A DNA stretch of 64,000 nucleotides, from NCBI GenBank assembly GCA_037441845.1, contig JBBIRK010000006.1:32001-96000 (forward strand). The letters are read 5' to 3'. The stretch comes from Candidatus Zixiibacteriota bacterium (lineage in GTDB: Bacteria; Zixibacteria; MSB-5A5; UBA10806; 4484-95). The notes under the pieces were generated by a model that was not told where the DNA came from, did no database searches, and was given only the letters and a program-made list of their open reading frames with translations. Below, one piece after another: positions 8,605 to 18,988 of the stretch. Numbering within the stretch: position 1 is the stretch's first letter; each line of letters starts with the position of its first letter. The translations under genes and the position numbers were made by a program.

Positions 8605-10316
8605 AATCTCATTTCCGTTCTTGCCGAAATCACCGGTGACTTATCGGTATCATCAAGCCTTTGGGAGATATTCAATCTCAGGAAATCCTCCATTAGAAAG
8701 CCGACACCAATGCCGGGTTTCAGCCCCATTTCGGCGAATTCCCTTTCTCCGAATCCTGCTTGGCCGAAATCGGCGAAGACCGCCATGGAAAATTCCTTGG
8801 AGAATTTCCAGTAATAGTCGACATTGAGCAGCAACATTCTATTTCCCGCGAATTCCTTGAATTCATAGCCGCGAATCGTTCCCTCGCCGCCCAAAAACAA
8901 CCAGCGGTCGAGCGGCAGTTCCTGATCGGAGTATGCGGTCTTTAATCTGATTCCCAGATATTGAGAAGGGGAAATCGGCTGATATCGCAAAGCCTCTATT
9001 TCCAAGATTTCGTAAGAAAAGTCCCCGCCGAGGCCGCCTATCGACCCTTTGCCTGCCGATTCGAGGAGAATGCCCAGGCGATTCCCGCTCCTGCCGGTTT
9101 TATTTTCCGGAAGATCATCCCAGACGACGCGCAAGCCGAGTTTCTTATGTTTTCCGTCCATGCCGATAATCGGGGCCGAATCGGGCAAAACCGATGAATA
9201 GTTTTCTCGAAAATTTTTTCCGCGTCCGAATATCGACCAGTTCGTTCGCTTGTCGATCGCTTCATTTTTCTGGACCGTATATTCAATTTGGATAAAATCG
9301 CCGCGGCCGAGATCGGCTCCGATATATCCCTGCCAGCCCCGGCGGAAATAAAAATCGTGGAAATCTTCCTTGAACAGGAGTCCTGCCAGAGTGTTTTCGC
9401 CATAGGTGAAATTGGCCAGGTCGGGGGTGAAAGCACCCCGATATGTTCTTGCTCCGAAATACGGCCGGCCGATAGCGCCTATCGCCTGTTTGAATCCGAA
9501 TAAGAGATCCCACCGCTTCAAAGCGAATGCGTATCCGAAACCGGATTCGATTTCGGGAAGCTCATTTTCCTTATCGGCGAAATCGACCTTAATCAACGGA
9601 GTAAAACCCTCTACACGATTATATCTGAACGAAAAATCGAGATTCAGCGTTCTGGTTTTTTCCACTTGATGATTTCGGCCGATACACTGTCCGGAAATCC
9701 GGGGTTTGTCATAAGCGAATATTTTTCCGAATGGGGCCACCACGTTGCCGCCTATGGAACTGCCGTCGAACAGGTAGATATCCCCGAAAAGCGAAACGAC
9801 GTCCTCGGTTATCTTGCCATAAACTTTTATATCACCGGTGACAGCAACCGCGTTACCTTCGATCACCTCGCCGCTCGCGATAGTCAGGTCCGATACGGAA
9901 ACCTTGGTGGAGGGTTCCTCGAGGTCGATATCGGCGACGGTAGTCTCTTTTTTCCTGAATTTCTGAAACGGAAGACCGGCGCTGATCGTGACTCCGTATT
10001 TACCGGAACGCGTAACCCTGAACCTCTTGACGTCTTCGAAAAAAAACTGCTTGCCATCGATTATGATTTTGTTCCCATCTATTACCAGTTCGTTTTCGAT
10101 ATTTGCGCCGGGAATGCCGGTAGTTATGATTTTCGGAATCGAATCGATCGCTGTTTTGAATCCGGTTCCCGGCCGATCGTCGATCGAAACCGTGATCGAA
10201 TCGTTACTCAAAAAAATTTTCAGCGATGATTTTTCCGGCGGTGCCGCATCCACCGAAATAGAGGATAGAGATACCCAGGCGAATGCGAATATGATTATAG
10301 CCGTATTGGTTTTCAT
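8601..10316 (-). CDS. Omp85 (BamA/TamA)-family barrel with N-terminal bactofilin-like beta-helix region
   Basis: Signal peptide; GNAVAVTGDIKVYGKITEDVVSLFGDI repeats; RYNRVEG; LGGEGTIRGY loop-6 motif; terminal Phe. Confidence 0.75.
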   Translation of the reverse strand: MKTNTAIIIFAFAWVSLSSISVDAAPPEKSSLKIFLSNDSITVSIDDRPGTGFKTAIDSIPKIITTGIPGANIENELVIDGNKIIIDGKQFFFEDVKRFRVTRSGKYGVTISAGLPFQKFRKKETTVADIDLEEPSTKVSVSDLTIASGEVIEGNAVAVTGDIKVYGKITEDVVSLFGDIYLFDGSSIGGNVVAPFGKIFAYDKPRISGQCIGRNHQVEKTRTLNLDFSFRYNRVEGFTPLIKVDFADKENELPEIESGFGYAFALKRWDLLFGFKQAIGAIGRPYFGARTYRGAFTPDLANFTYGENTLAGLLFKEDFHDFYFRRGWQGYIGADLGRGDFIQIEYTVQKNEAIDKRTNWSIFGRGKNFRENYSSVLPDSAPIIGMDGKHKKLGLRVVWDDLPENKTGRSGNRLGILLESAGKGSIGGLGGDFSYEILEIEALRYQPISPSQYLGIRLKTAYSDQELPLDRWLFLGGEGTIRGYEFKEFAGNRMLLLNVDYYWKFSKEFSMAVFADFGQAGFGEREFAEMGLKPGIGVGFLMEDFLRLNISQRLDDTDKSPVISARTEMRF

Positions 10317-10419
10317 AAAATACTCCCGGTTATTTTAGGAAAGCCCATCAAGTTTCCGTTATTCAACTATTTCTACGCGGTTTTGAAATTAGAGTTACAA
10401 TAAAATTCGGAATGAATGA

Positions 10420-10445
10420 GGCGGGGAAAACGTCTTTTCCCCGCC
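10420..10445 (-). terminator. Hairpin terminator downstream of aminopeptidase
   Basis: Perfect 11-bp stem GGCGGGGAAAA-CGTC-TTTTCCCCGCC; the U-tract is weak. Confidence 0.6.
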
Positions 10446-10470
10446 CGCTCGGCCTTTCGTATAATTATAG

Positions 10471-11574
10471 TTATTTCAGGAATTTTCCGTTTTTGAAAAA
10501 CAATCGACCGTCGGCATATATGGCGCCGTCGCGGCGCAAATCGCAGACCATATCCCAGTGAAGTGCGGAGGTGTTTTTCGAACCGCATTCGGGATACCCC
10601 TTGCCGACCGCCAAATGAAAAGTCCCGCCGATTTTTTCATCGAATAGGATGTTGCGGGTAAACCTATCGATACCGAAATTGGTTCCCAGAGCGACTTCGC
10701 CGACGTATCTGGCGCCCTTATCCATGTTCAGCATCGTCTCGAGGAAATCGCCTCCACGGGCCGCCTTGGACTTGACGACCTTTCCATCTTTGAATTCGAG
10801 TCTGACGTCCTCCACTTCCCGGCCGCCGTATATCGCCGGAAAGGAGAAGCGGATACAACCGTTGACCGATTTCTCCACAGGCCCGGTGAAAACCTCACCG
10901 TCGGGGAAATTGGAAGAGCCGTCGCAATTAATCCACTTGCGCCCTTTCACCGAAAACGAGAGATCGGTGTCGGGGGCGACTACGCGGATTACATTTTTCG
11001 TTTTAAGATAATTAATCAGTTTCCCGTTGTAGGCCGAGACTTTTCGCCATTCTGAGATAGGGTCCTTTTTATCGAGCATGCAAGCTTTGTATACGAAATT
11101 TTCATACTCCTGCAGCGACATTCCCGCATCCTGGGCATACGCGGTCGTCGGGTAGAGCGTGGCGACCCAGCGTAATTCGCCCTTGGCGGCCCGTTGGTAG
11201 AATCTCTCCATCAATTTGGTCTGCGCCTTGCGCACCGTTGCCATTCGCCCGGGGTCCAGCGATGTCAAAAATCGCGTATTGGCTGATGCTCTGACTCCAA
11301 CATAGGCGTCTATCTTGTTGATTTCCAGCCATTCCATGGGCGGAATAAACGTCAACTGGTCTTTACTGGCGTTTCTCAGGAAAACCTCCTCAATCTCTTC
11401 TGCGCTTATTTTCGAGATCGGGTAGGCTCCGATTGCCAAAGCCTCGGCATAAAGTTCTTTAAGCAACGGCAGCGCCTGCACGCCGACCATTAGCCTTACT
11501 AACTGTTTAGGTTTCAGTTTCAGGCAGTAATGCAGCAATACGCGCGCCAACGATTTGATTCTCGGATCGGTCAT
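10471..11574 (-). CDS. Aminopeptidase, peptidase M29 (AmpS/AmpT type)
   Basis: NFPDGEVFTGP, GEVALG, ILFDEKIGGTFHLAVG and SALHWDMV motifs. Confidence 0.93.
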   Translation of the reverse strand: MTDPRIKSLARVLLHYCLKLKPKQLVRLMVGVQALPLLKELYAEALAIGAYPISKISAEEIEEVFLRNASKDQLTFIPPMEWLEINKIDAYVGVRASANTRFLTSLDPGRMATVRKAQTKLMERFYQRAAKGELRWVATLYPTTAYAQDAGMSLQEYENFVYKACMLDKKDPISEWRKVSAYNGKLINYLKTKNVIRVVAPDTDLSFSVKGRKWINCDGSSNFPDGEVFTGPVEKSVNGCIRFSFPAIYGGREVEDVRLEFKDGKVVKSKAARGGDFLETMLNMDKGARYVGEVALGTNFGIDRFTRNILFDEKIGGTFHLAVGKGYPECGSKNTSALHWDMVCDLRRDGAIYADGRLFFKNGKFLK

Positions 11575-11602
11575 TAAATTTTCCTTTCTTTATTTATTCC
11601 GA

Positions 11603-11631
11603 AAAATAAATGACCGTCCTTCTTATGTCAA
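11603..11631 (-). promoter_or_regulatory. sigma70-like promoter of aminopeptidase
   Basis: TTGACA-N17-TATTTT. Confidence 0.6.
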
Positions 11632-11779
11632 TCAGGCATTTGGCAATGCCGATGACAGCCCGGCATCGTTATGGAAACATATCGATCGAAGCAGAATGCC
11701 TGTCGCAGTGTCATCGTGTCCGGCGGCCTGTTCCGAAACGGTTTTATGCTCATCAGGGACGGCGGTCTACCCGGGGTAA

Positions 11780-12205
11780 TTACGGTTCGAAAATTATCTC
11801 ATGCTTCAATTCAGCCGATTTATTGACGATAGCGGAGATCGAGCAGTATTTTTCCTGCGAAAGCTTGACCGCCTGGTTTGCTTTCGCCTTATCGCCGACA
11901 CCGAAAATTCGATAGGTAATTTTGATCCATTTGTAAATTTTCGGATGTTCGTCCACCGGTTCGCCTTCGATTTCGATCTGCAGATCGCGGAACGGCACGC
12001 GCATTTTATTTAGGATACTGACCACATCCACTCCGGTGCAGCCGCCCAAAGAAATGAAAAGCAGTTCCCCGGGCGTCGGGGCGCTGGCGTCGCCTCCCGA
12101 GGATTCCGGCGCATCCATGATAAGCGCCCTGCCGGAATTGGTCATTCCGGCGAATCTGAGTTTTTCGATCCATTTTACACGAGCTTTGCGGATATCCGGG
12201 GCCAA
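11780..12205 (-). CDS. OsmC/YhfA-family protein
   Basis: PTPGELLFISLGGCTGVDV and SQEKYCSIS two-Cys motifs; TTG start after AGGAG. Confidence 0.92.
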   Translation of the reverse strand: MAPDIRKARVKWIEKLRFAGMTNSGRALIMDAPESSGGDASAPTPGELLFISLGGCTGVDVVSILNKMRVPFRDLQIEIEGEPVDEHPKIYKWIKITYRIFGVGDKAKANQAVKLSQEKYCSISAIVNKSAELKHEIIFEP

Positions 12206-12249
12206 GTATTTCTCCTGAATTTTCGTGTTGTCTTAATGCTCAATATGAA

Positions 12250-13023
12250 TCACAGAGGGATTTTCAGCCCATCGAAAGCAAGCAGGGCCTTTTCGATTCC
12301 CGCTTTGCGGGCCTGCGAAAGCAGGTTGCGTCGATCCGCCGGGAATCTTGCGGGCAGATGAGTGAAAATCAAACGCTTGACTCCGCCATCGGCGCAAATT
12401 CGGCAGATCGAACCAATATCGCCGTGCATGCTTTCCACTATGGCGGTGTGGACTCCGGGCACCAGTCTCCTCAGGTCGAACTCGTCCTTTATATCCCCCG
12501 AGTAAAGAATGGTTTTCTTGCCGACGACGATCTTGAAACTGTACGATTGCATCTTGTTCGGGACCCCGAGATCGTCGATTATCCGGGCGTTGCTTTCGAG
12601 ATGCTTATTGGGGAAAGCATAAATCGCTAAGCCTACTTTTCGATAAACCGGGCCGGGTCGAATCGGTTTAAAACCATAAGAAAATGGCATTTTCTGCGGG
12701 AAAAGATAAAACATCGAGGCGGCCTTCGCCAGTCCGTCAAGAGCCTCCGCAGGCGCGAATATTTCGAGCCCGGCTTTTCGTTTTGCCAGTAACATCATCT
12801 GAAGTTCAAGAAATATGCCGCAGGAATGATCCGGGTGGAGATGAGAGATGAAAATTTTCTCGATTATTTTACAGTCGATTTTTCTTTTTAGCGCCGAGCT
12901 GGAAAAACCCTCCCCGGCGTCGATCTGATACAGCCTGCCCGATATATTAAGCAATATCGAGGAGCAGGCGCGGTCGGCGGCGGGGTATCCCGATGACGTT
13001 CCTGTGAACAATATCGAGCTCAT
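12250..13023 (-). CDS. MBL-fold metallohydrolase (RNase Z-like)
   Basis: GTSSG, IDAGEG, SHLHPDH, YSGD and FTH motifs. The ATG overlaps the upstream stop codon. Confidence 0.85.
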   Translation of the reverse strand: MSSILFTGTSSGYPAADRACSSILLNISGRLYQIDAGEGFSSSALKRKIDCKIIEKIFISHLHPDHSCGIFLELQMMLLAKRKAGLEIFAPAEALDGLAKAASMFYLFPQKMPFSYGFKPIRPGPVYRKVGLAIYAFPNKHLESNARIIDDLGVPNKMQSYSFKIVVGKKTILYSGDIKDEFDLRRLVPGVHTAIVESMHGDIGSICRICADGGVKRLIFTHLPARFPADRRNLLSQARKAGIEKALLAFDGLKIPL

Positions 13024-13952
13024 CGCCTTACGATCTCCCTGAAATATGCCGCGGTTTCTTCGAGCCCTCTTCTCAAATCGTACCGGGGATGCCAGCCCAT
13101 GCATTCGTTGATTTTCTTGTAGTCAATAACGCTTCTTCTTTGTTCTCCGGGTCTGGCCGGCTGGTAGATTCGGGGTTGTTTCGATTCCGAAATTTCGTTT
13201 ATCAGATCGAACAAGGTATTGATATCGGTTTCGCGTCCGGTTCCCACGTTGAACGCACCGCAACCGTCATATTCGAGCGCCGCCAGGTTGGCGCTGACGA
13301 CATCCGCAACGTATGTGAAATCGCGGGTTTGTCGGCCGTCGCCGTAGATGACCGCCTGCCGGCCCGAAAGCAATTTATCGAAAAATATCGATACCACTCC
13401 CGCTTCACCATCGCCCCGCTGCCGTGGACCGTAGATATTGGCATAACGCAGGGCGATAAAATCAAGCCCGAATTCCATCTTGTAGAAACCGAGATATTTT
13501 TCAAAAGCGAGTTTGGAAATACCATAGGGCGAGCAAGGATTCAACGGATGATTCTCATCGGCCGGGAAAGCGATCTGCTCGCCGTAGATCGCGCCTCCGG
13601 TTGAGGAAAAAACCACTTTTTTCACGCCGTGGTTCTTGCAGGCCTGAAGCAGATTTATGCCGCCTAATATGTTGGCCTCGGCGTCGAATATCGGATCGGC
13701 GACGCTCTTGCGCACGTCCATCTGCGCCGCCAGATGAAAGACCACGTCGTAACGGCCGGCCGCGAAAACGTCATGAATTTTTTTATCTCTGATATCGAGG
13801 TGATGGAAGACCGCATCCGCCGGCAGATTCTCTTTCTTGCCGGTGAACAGATTATCGATTATCTCGACTTTCAGCCCCTTTTTCAGCAGGGCATCCGCTA
13901 CGTGCGATCCGATAAATCCCGCCCCGCCGGTAACCAGCGCCTTCATTTTCAA
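13020..13952 (-). CDS. NAD-dependent epimerase (UDP-glucose 4-epimerase-like)
   Basis: VTGGAGFIGSH, HLAAQ, SSTGGAIYG, PYGISK (YxxxK) and LRYANIYGPRQ motifs. Confidence 0.92.
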   Translation of the reverse strand: MKMKALVTGGAGFIGSHVADALLKKGLKVEIIDNLFTGKKENLPADAVFHHLDIRDKKIHDVFAAGRYDVVFHLAAQMDVRKSVADPIFDAEANILGGINLLQACKNHGVKKVVFSSTGGAIYGEQIAFPADENHPLNPCSPYGISKLAFEKYLGFYKMEFGLDFIALRYANIYGPRQRGDGEAGVVSIFFDKLLSGRQAVIYGDGRQTRDFTYVADVVSANLAALEYDGCGAFNVGTGRETDINTLFDLINEISESKQPRIYQPARPGEQRRSVIDYKKINECMGWHPRYDLRRGLEETAAYFREIVRR

Positions 13953-15643
13953 AAATCCCTTTCGGTTATGCTTTTCAATCCGATCCTGATCGGTATTACG
14001 ATCGTCGCAGCGTTCAGCAGCAGTAGTAAAATGCCCGATATAATGAACTCCCTGGCCGGGAAATCAATCGTTCCGTCGATCGTATAAACGCTGTAACGGT
14101 ATGCCGGCAAGGCGATAATTATCACTGCCAGACATACGTAAACGAGGCTGATCACGGTGGTGATCGTTCCGCCCATCGATGAGGCTATTCGGCCGGGATT
14201 GCGTTCATCGAATCTCGGAAAAACGGCCCCCATTCCAACCGACAGGCTCGTCAGCGCAACCGACATCAACAATATGGAAAAAAAACTTAGGATCATCATA
14301 TATCCGGTCAAGCCGAGCATGATGTTTGATATAAAAGCAAGAATCTCGGCAAGCAACGCAAAAATGATAAACGCAGAAAAAAACTTTTCCCAAAACAAAC
14401 GTTTAATCGGCATGGGAGAGCTGGCGATCGCCCAAAAAGCGCGGCCCTCGAGACTGATATTGGGATAAACGAAACGGACGGCCAGCGTGGCCAGAATAAA
14501 TCCGGTGAAGGCAAAATTGGCGAAACTGATTATCGTCCGCCAGAATTTGTCGGTCATGTTGCCCGGAAAATGCCGCAAATTGATCAGATAAATTATCAGC
14601 AGGACCAGCAAAATCAAAAACTGCGCCCACTGGGCCGGTTCCCTGATAAAAAGTTTCAAATCCTTGGCCAATACACTCCGAAAATCACTGGGCAGCCATT
14701 GGGGCAGACCGAAAAATGCAGGCAGACTGAACTTGCGCACGGCCTTTTTCGGTGTCGTGGCATGTCCATAGGAGTTTTGCCAGCTGACATAATAATATCT
14801 TTCGGCCGCGCGAAAAAGCAAACGTACCGAAACCAACATCGTGCTCAACAGCGCAAACGTGTATAGCAGCAAGTCGATTCCCGGCTTGCCGGCGAGCTGT
14901 CGCAATGTCTGACTTACCCAAAAATGCGGCATGAACGGAAACGACGTCGCCGAAAGCGAACCCAGAAAACTGTTAAGCACTCGCCAGTCGCCGAGTATGT
15001 TTCTCGACAGCGTCGATGTTTGTCCGATGTTCAGATAGATCACGATAACCAGCGACAACAATGCCAACAGCCCAAGCACAACCGTTCGCGGTTTCAAATG
15101 GCCCGAGGCCAGATATACGAATATGATGACTCCCACACCCAGGCAACCGGGGATCACGGTGAAAGGCAACAGAATGAAACAAAACTCGTACAAGTATCCC
15201 CACCAGGATATGCCGCGTACTATCCCGTAGGCCAGAATGATCGGAACCCCGAGCACCAAAACGCCCCAAGTGGAATATAGAAGGTTATCGAGAAATCTGG
15301 CTATAAATAGTTGCCGATGCGGCAGCGGCCGGTGAAATAAATCTGTCGTTTCGCCGGACCGGTATAAAGTGGATATGGCGGTGATCGTATTCGATATGAC
15401 GAGCATCAGGAAAATCGCCAGGAACCCGAGGGAGATGATCCTATCCATCAACAGAATGCCGATCTCCCTGATTTTCGACAGGTAATCGAAAAGATACCAG
15501 AAAAAAAAGAGGGCGCCGAAAAAAAACAGGGCCAGCACCGTCGCCCCGACGATCGTTCGAATCCGCCTTTCAACATCCATCCCTCGAAAGAATGCGAGCA
15601 CACCGATGATCCTGAAACGCAGAATGTGGGTTACGAAATTCAC
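13949..15643 (-). CDS. Putative ABC exporter permease
   Basis: About 12-14 TM helices, KDLKLFIRE and SLEGRAFW motifs, directly downstream of an ABC ATPase. Confidence 0.85.
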   Translation of the reverse strand: MNFVTHILRFRIIGVLAFFRGMDVERRIRTIVGATVLALFFFGALFFFWYLFDYLSKIREIGILLMDRIISLGFLAIFLMLVISNTITAISTLYRSGETTDLFHRPLPHRQLFIARFLDNLLYSTWGVLVLGVPIILAYGIVRGISWWGYLYEFCFILLPFTVIPGCLGVGVIIFVYLASGHLKPRTVVLGLLALLSLVIVIYLNIGQTSTLSRNILGDWRVLNSFLGSLSATSFPFMPHFWVSQTLRQLAGKPGIDLLLYTFALLSTMLVSVRLLFRAAERYYYVSWQNSYGHATTPKKAVRKFSLPAFFGLPQWLPSDFRSVLAKDLKLFIREPAQWAQFLILLVLLIIYLINLRHFPGNMTDKFWRTIISFANFAFTGFILATLAVRFVYPNISLEGRAFWAIASSPMPIKRLFWEKFFSAFIIFALLAEILAFISNIMLGLTGYMMILSFFSILLMSVALTSLSVGMGAVFPRFDERNPGRIASSMGGTITTVISLVYVCLAVIIIALPAYRYSVYTIDGTIDFPAREFIISGILLLLLNAATIVIPIRIGLKSITERDF

Positions 15644-15650
15644 GGTTCCC

Positions 15651-16376
15651 TCAATTATTGATCAATTTCAAGAAAAGGGACTCGAGGCTTGCCTCCGACT
15701 GTTCCGACAGGGACCTTAATTGCTCCAATTTGCCGGCGGCCACCAATCTGCCGCCGTTGATAATCCCGATCCGATCACAGAGTTCCTCGGCGATCGAGAG
15801 GGTATGAGTAGATATGAATACCGTATTGCCTGCTGCGGCATATTCTTTCAGCAAATCCTTTACGATTCGCGCCGATTGTGGGTCGAGACCCACCATAGGC
15901 TCATCGACGACCAGCGTCGGCGGGCGGTGAAGCATGGCGGCGGCGAACACGACTTTCTGGCGCATTCCGTGAGAGTATTGCTCGCATCTGCGGTCCACCC
16001 ACCCGTTCATTCCGAACAAATCGAACAGCTCTTCGGCTCGGAGGTCGATTTGCGGCTTGGATATTCCATACAGACCGCCTATGAATTCCAGATATTCCCG
16101 GGCTGTCAGCCGTTCGTATAAGTAAGGCGAGTCGGGCACGTATCCGATCAGCGTTTTCGCCCTTTCCGGTTGATTCTGGATATCGATTCCGTCTATTTCT
16201 ATTCTCCCCGACGTCGGTTTTAAAATCCCGGCAGCCATCTTGATAGTGGTCGTTTTGCCCGCGCCGTTCGGACCCAGAAATCCGAATAGCTCACCCTGTC
16301 CTATTTCAAGGTTCAAATTTTCCACTGCCGGTTGTTGGCCGAATTTCTTGGAAACCTCGATAAATTTAAGCATCAA
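15651..16376 (-). CDS. ABC transporter ATP-binding protein
   Basis: Walker A GPNGAGKTT, signature YSHGM, Walker B VVDEP. Confidence 0.95.
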   Translation of the reverse strand: MMLKFIEVSKKFGQQPAVENLNLEIGQGELFGFLGPNGAGKTTTIKMAAGILKPTSGRIEIDGIDIQNQPERAKTLIGYVPDSPYLYERLTAREYLEFIGGLYGISKPQIDLRAEELFDLFGMNGWVDRRCEQYSHGMRQKVVFAAAMLHRPPTLVVDEPMVGLDPQSARIVKDLLKEYAAAGNTVFISTHTLSIAEELCDRIGIINGGRLVAAGKLEQLRSLSEQSEASLESLFLKLINN

Positions 16377-17851
16377 GAACCCGCCGAATCGTTCCTCGAC
16401 CTATAATCCAATATTTTGATGTTCAGTTTCCCGACCGCCCGCATCAGCCCTACGAGCGAATCATGACTTCCCTCGAGCAGCTTGATATGCGCGGCGTCTG
16501 CCGACTCCTGTCCCAGCGTCGGGTCGATAGGCGTCCAGCGGCCGCCGCTATACACCGCCGGCCAGGCATGATAATAAAACAAGCCGTCTTTGTAAACGAT
16601 CCCCAGACATATCTTCGTCGGTATTCCCAGCGAACGCGCCAGCGCCGTATAAAGCGCCGAATGCTCATTGCAGTCTCCCTTTTTGACTCTGAGCACATCG
16701 GAAGCCGAGGGCAGAGAGATGGCGTATTCCTTTTCGATATTTTCGTAAACCCAACGATTCAATGTCAGTATCACGAGATTTTCATCTTGCAAATTGCCCA
16801 CTATCTGTTTTGCTTTCAGCATGATCCTCGAATCGTCGCTCTGAATCATCGGCTCGGGTTCGATATAGTTTCGCGGCGGAACCGGGCTGTTTTTGAATCC
16901 CTTGGGGCTTATCTCGATTACCAGCGGCGATCGGGATACAATCCTCTGAAAATCGTCCTCGAGCTCGAACGCGGTGCCTTCTATACCGCTGAGTTCGATT
17001 TTCAGATATTCGCATCCGCGGGCGTTCTCGATAACACCCTCCGAACGAACCGCCAGCAATTCGAGAATATCCCAGTTCTGCACCGATTCGGGCACATCGA
17101 GCGCCTTGTTTTTAGTCGCCATAGTCATGGTCATTCCGCCGGGTTCGATTTCCTGAATCACAGCGCCGTCGGAGCTGACAAAAGAGGTTACCGTGACTCC
17201 CGCCGTGGTAGCCTGGATTTTATGGCCATCATACTCTTTGCCGCCCACCTCGAACTTTTCCCGCCCGCTGACCTTCAGATGCAATGTGGAAATCGTCAAA
17301 CTTACCGGGTCGATACAGGGCAGGCTGAAATCTCCCTCGGGAAAACCCTTATCGGCCATTATCAGAGGAATCGTCCCGGGAAGATAAACGCCATCGGGGC
17401 AATCGAGAATTATACTGTTGATTTCGCCGCCCGATTGTATTTTCAATTCGATCCTGCCGTCCTTGACATGCCCGTAAACGTTGGTGGAATATTCTTCGCT
17501 GGAGATTCCGAAAGTCAGGTCTTTAAGGGAATAATCGGTGTCGACGACTGCATAAAAATCCATCAGCACCTCGCGGGTGGTTCCTCCCATAGGCAGCCGT
17601 AGAAGGGAATAATCTTTGAAAATCCAACCCAGCGACGAGCGTTTGAACGAATTCATGGCATACCCTATCTTTTGCCCGCTCATGGCCACGTCATACCAGT
17701 ATTCGGTCTCGCTGCGGGGCTGCCCGCTTCCCTGGAGACCGGCAAGTTGAACGTTGCCCCCGGCCGGAAAATGGTTGAAATATAGCAACGCCATGCTTAC
17801 CAGCCAGATTGCGGCCGCCACAATATCGAAAAAAATCGAGGTTTTTCTCAT
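16373..17851 (-). CDS. Membrane-anchored transglutaminase-like domain protein
   Basis: N-terminal TM helix and a Cys-His-Asp triad: GDCNEH, YHAW, IDPT. Confidence 0.9.
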   Translation of the reverse strand: MRKTSIFFDIVAAAIWLVSMALLYFNHFPAGGNVQLAGLQGSGQPRSETEYWYDVAMSGQKIGYAMNSFKRSSLGWIFKDYSLLRLPMGGTTREVLMDFYAVVDTDYSLKDLTFGISSEEYSTNVYGHVKDGRIELKIQSGGEINSIILDCPDGVYLPGTIPLIMADKGFPEGDFSLPCIDPVSLTISTLHLKVSGREKFEVGGKEYDGHKIQATTAGVTVTSFVSSDGAVIQEIEPGGMTMTMATKNKALDVPESVQNWDILELLAVRSEGVIENARGCEYLKIELSGIEGTAFELEDDFQRIVSRSPLVIEISPKGFKNSPVPPRNYIEPEPMIQSDDSRIMLKAKQIVGNLQDENLVILTLNRWVYENIEKEYAISLPSASDVLRVKKGDCNEHSALYTALARSLGIPTKICLGIVYKDGLFYYHAWPAVYSGGRWTPIDPTLGQESADAAHIKLLEGSHDSLVGLMRAVGKLNIKILDYRSRNDSAGS

Positions 17852-17904
17852 ACGGTTCGATTTTTCCCTGTTAAATTTATTATCGGCCGAAAACAGTCGG
17901 AATT

Positions 17905-18936
17905 TCAGCTATAATCGATGACTTCGTTTATAATCCCGACAGCCGCATCGATATCGGATTCGTCGACATCCAGATGCGTAACCGCCCGGACTAGATGCCG
18001 CCCGAATCGCACCAGCAATAGGCCGCGCTTGGCGCAGTTATCGATAAACGTATCCGGTGGCTTGCCTACATCGAAAATCACGATATTCGTCTGCACGTTC
18101 GATAAATCGATTTTGATTGACGGATTATGCCTCAACCCCTCGGCCAGTTTTCCGGCAAGACGGTGATCTTCACCTATTCGAGCGCGGTTATGATTAAGCG
18201 CGTACAAAGCGGCGGCCGCTATGATTCCCACCTGGCGCATTCCGCCTCCCAGCATCTTGCGGACTCGGCGGGCTTGCTCGATATTTTTTTCCGATCCGCA
18301 GACGGCCGAGCCTATCGGCGCACCGAGGCCTTTGGAGAAGCAAACCGATACCATATCGAACGGCTCGGCGAGTATCGCCGGTTCGAGCCTCAACGCCGAC
18401 GCCGCATTCCACAGCCGCGCCCCATCGAGATACGTTCGTATAGAGTGACTTTTTGCCAGCTTGCCGATTTCGTTTAGATATTCCGGGGACAAAACGGCTC
18501 CCCCATGGCGGTTATGGGTATTTTCAAGGGCGATAAGGCGTGTGCGCGGCGCGTGAATATCGGGCCGCCTGATCGCTGCGGACGCTTTTTCGATCGGAAT
18601 TTGACCCCGGATGCCGTCGAGCGGCATCAACATTATTCCCGAAAGCGCAGCGGCCGCCCCGACTTCATCATTAACTATATGCGCCAGCCGTTCGCAGATG
18701 ACCTCATCTCCCGGTTGGCATAGCGTCCGGAGCGCCACCTGATTGGCCATGGTTCCCGAAGGAACGAAAAGTGCCGCCTCCTTCCCCAGAATTCTCGCCG
18801 TTTCTTTCTCGAGCGCCTTGACAGTCGGGTCGTCGCCGAATACGTCGTCGCCGACTTCGGCGGCCGCCATCGCCTCCCGCATTTCCGCCGAGGGCTTGGT
18901 GACCGTATCGGATCTCAGATCGATTGTTTTCGGCAA
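17905..18936 (-). CDS. ltaE: Low-specificity L-threonine aldolase
   Basis: [36 protein letters not shown] and GGGMRQ motifs. Confidence 0.95.
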   Translation of the reverse strand: MPKTIDLRSDTVTKPSAEMREAMAAAEVGDDVFGDDPTVKALEKETARILGKEAALFVPSGTMANQVALRTLCQPGDEVICERLAHIVNDEVGAAAALSGIMLMPLDGIRGQIPIEKASAAIRRPDIHAPRTRLIALENTHNRHGGAVLSPEYLNEIGKLAKSHSIRTYLDGARLWNAASALRLEPAILAEPFDMVSVCFSKGLGAPIGSAVCGSEKNIEQARRVRKMLGGGMRQVGIIAAAALYALNHNRARIGEDHRLAGKLAEGLRHNPSIKIDLSNVQTNIVIFDVGKPPDTFIDNCAKRGLLLVRFGRHLVRAVTHLDVDESDIDAAVGIINEVIDYS

Positions 18937-18988
18937 AACGAACCCTTACAATTGATATTGTTTATGATCGGGAAAGCGGTGTATGGAT

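Noticed and set aside
16463..17602. 379-aa plus-strand ORF
   Set aside because: Antisense shadow of the transglutaminase-like gene; no recognisable motifs.
16373..17905. Lasso-peptide/RiPP cluster interpretation of the transglutaminase + ABC genes
   Set aside because: No asparagine-synthetase-like cyclase, RRE domain or precursor peptide was seen.
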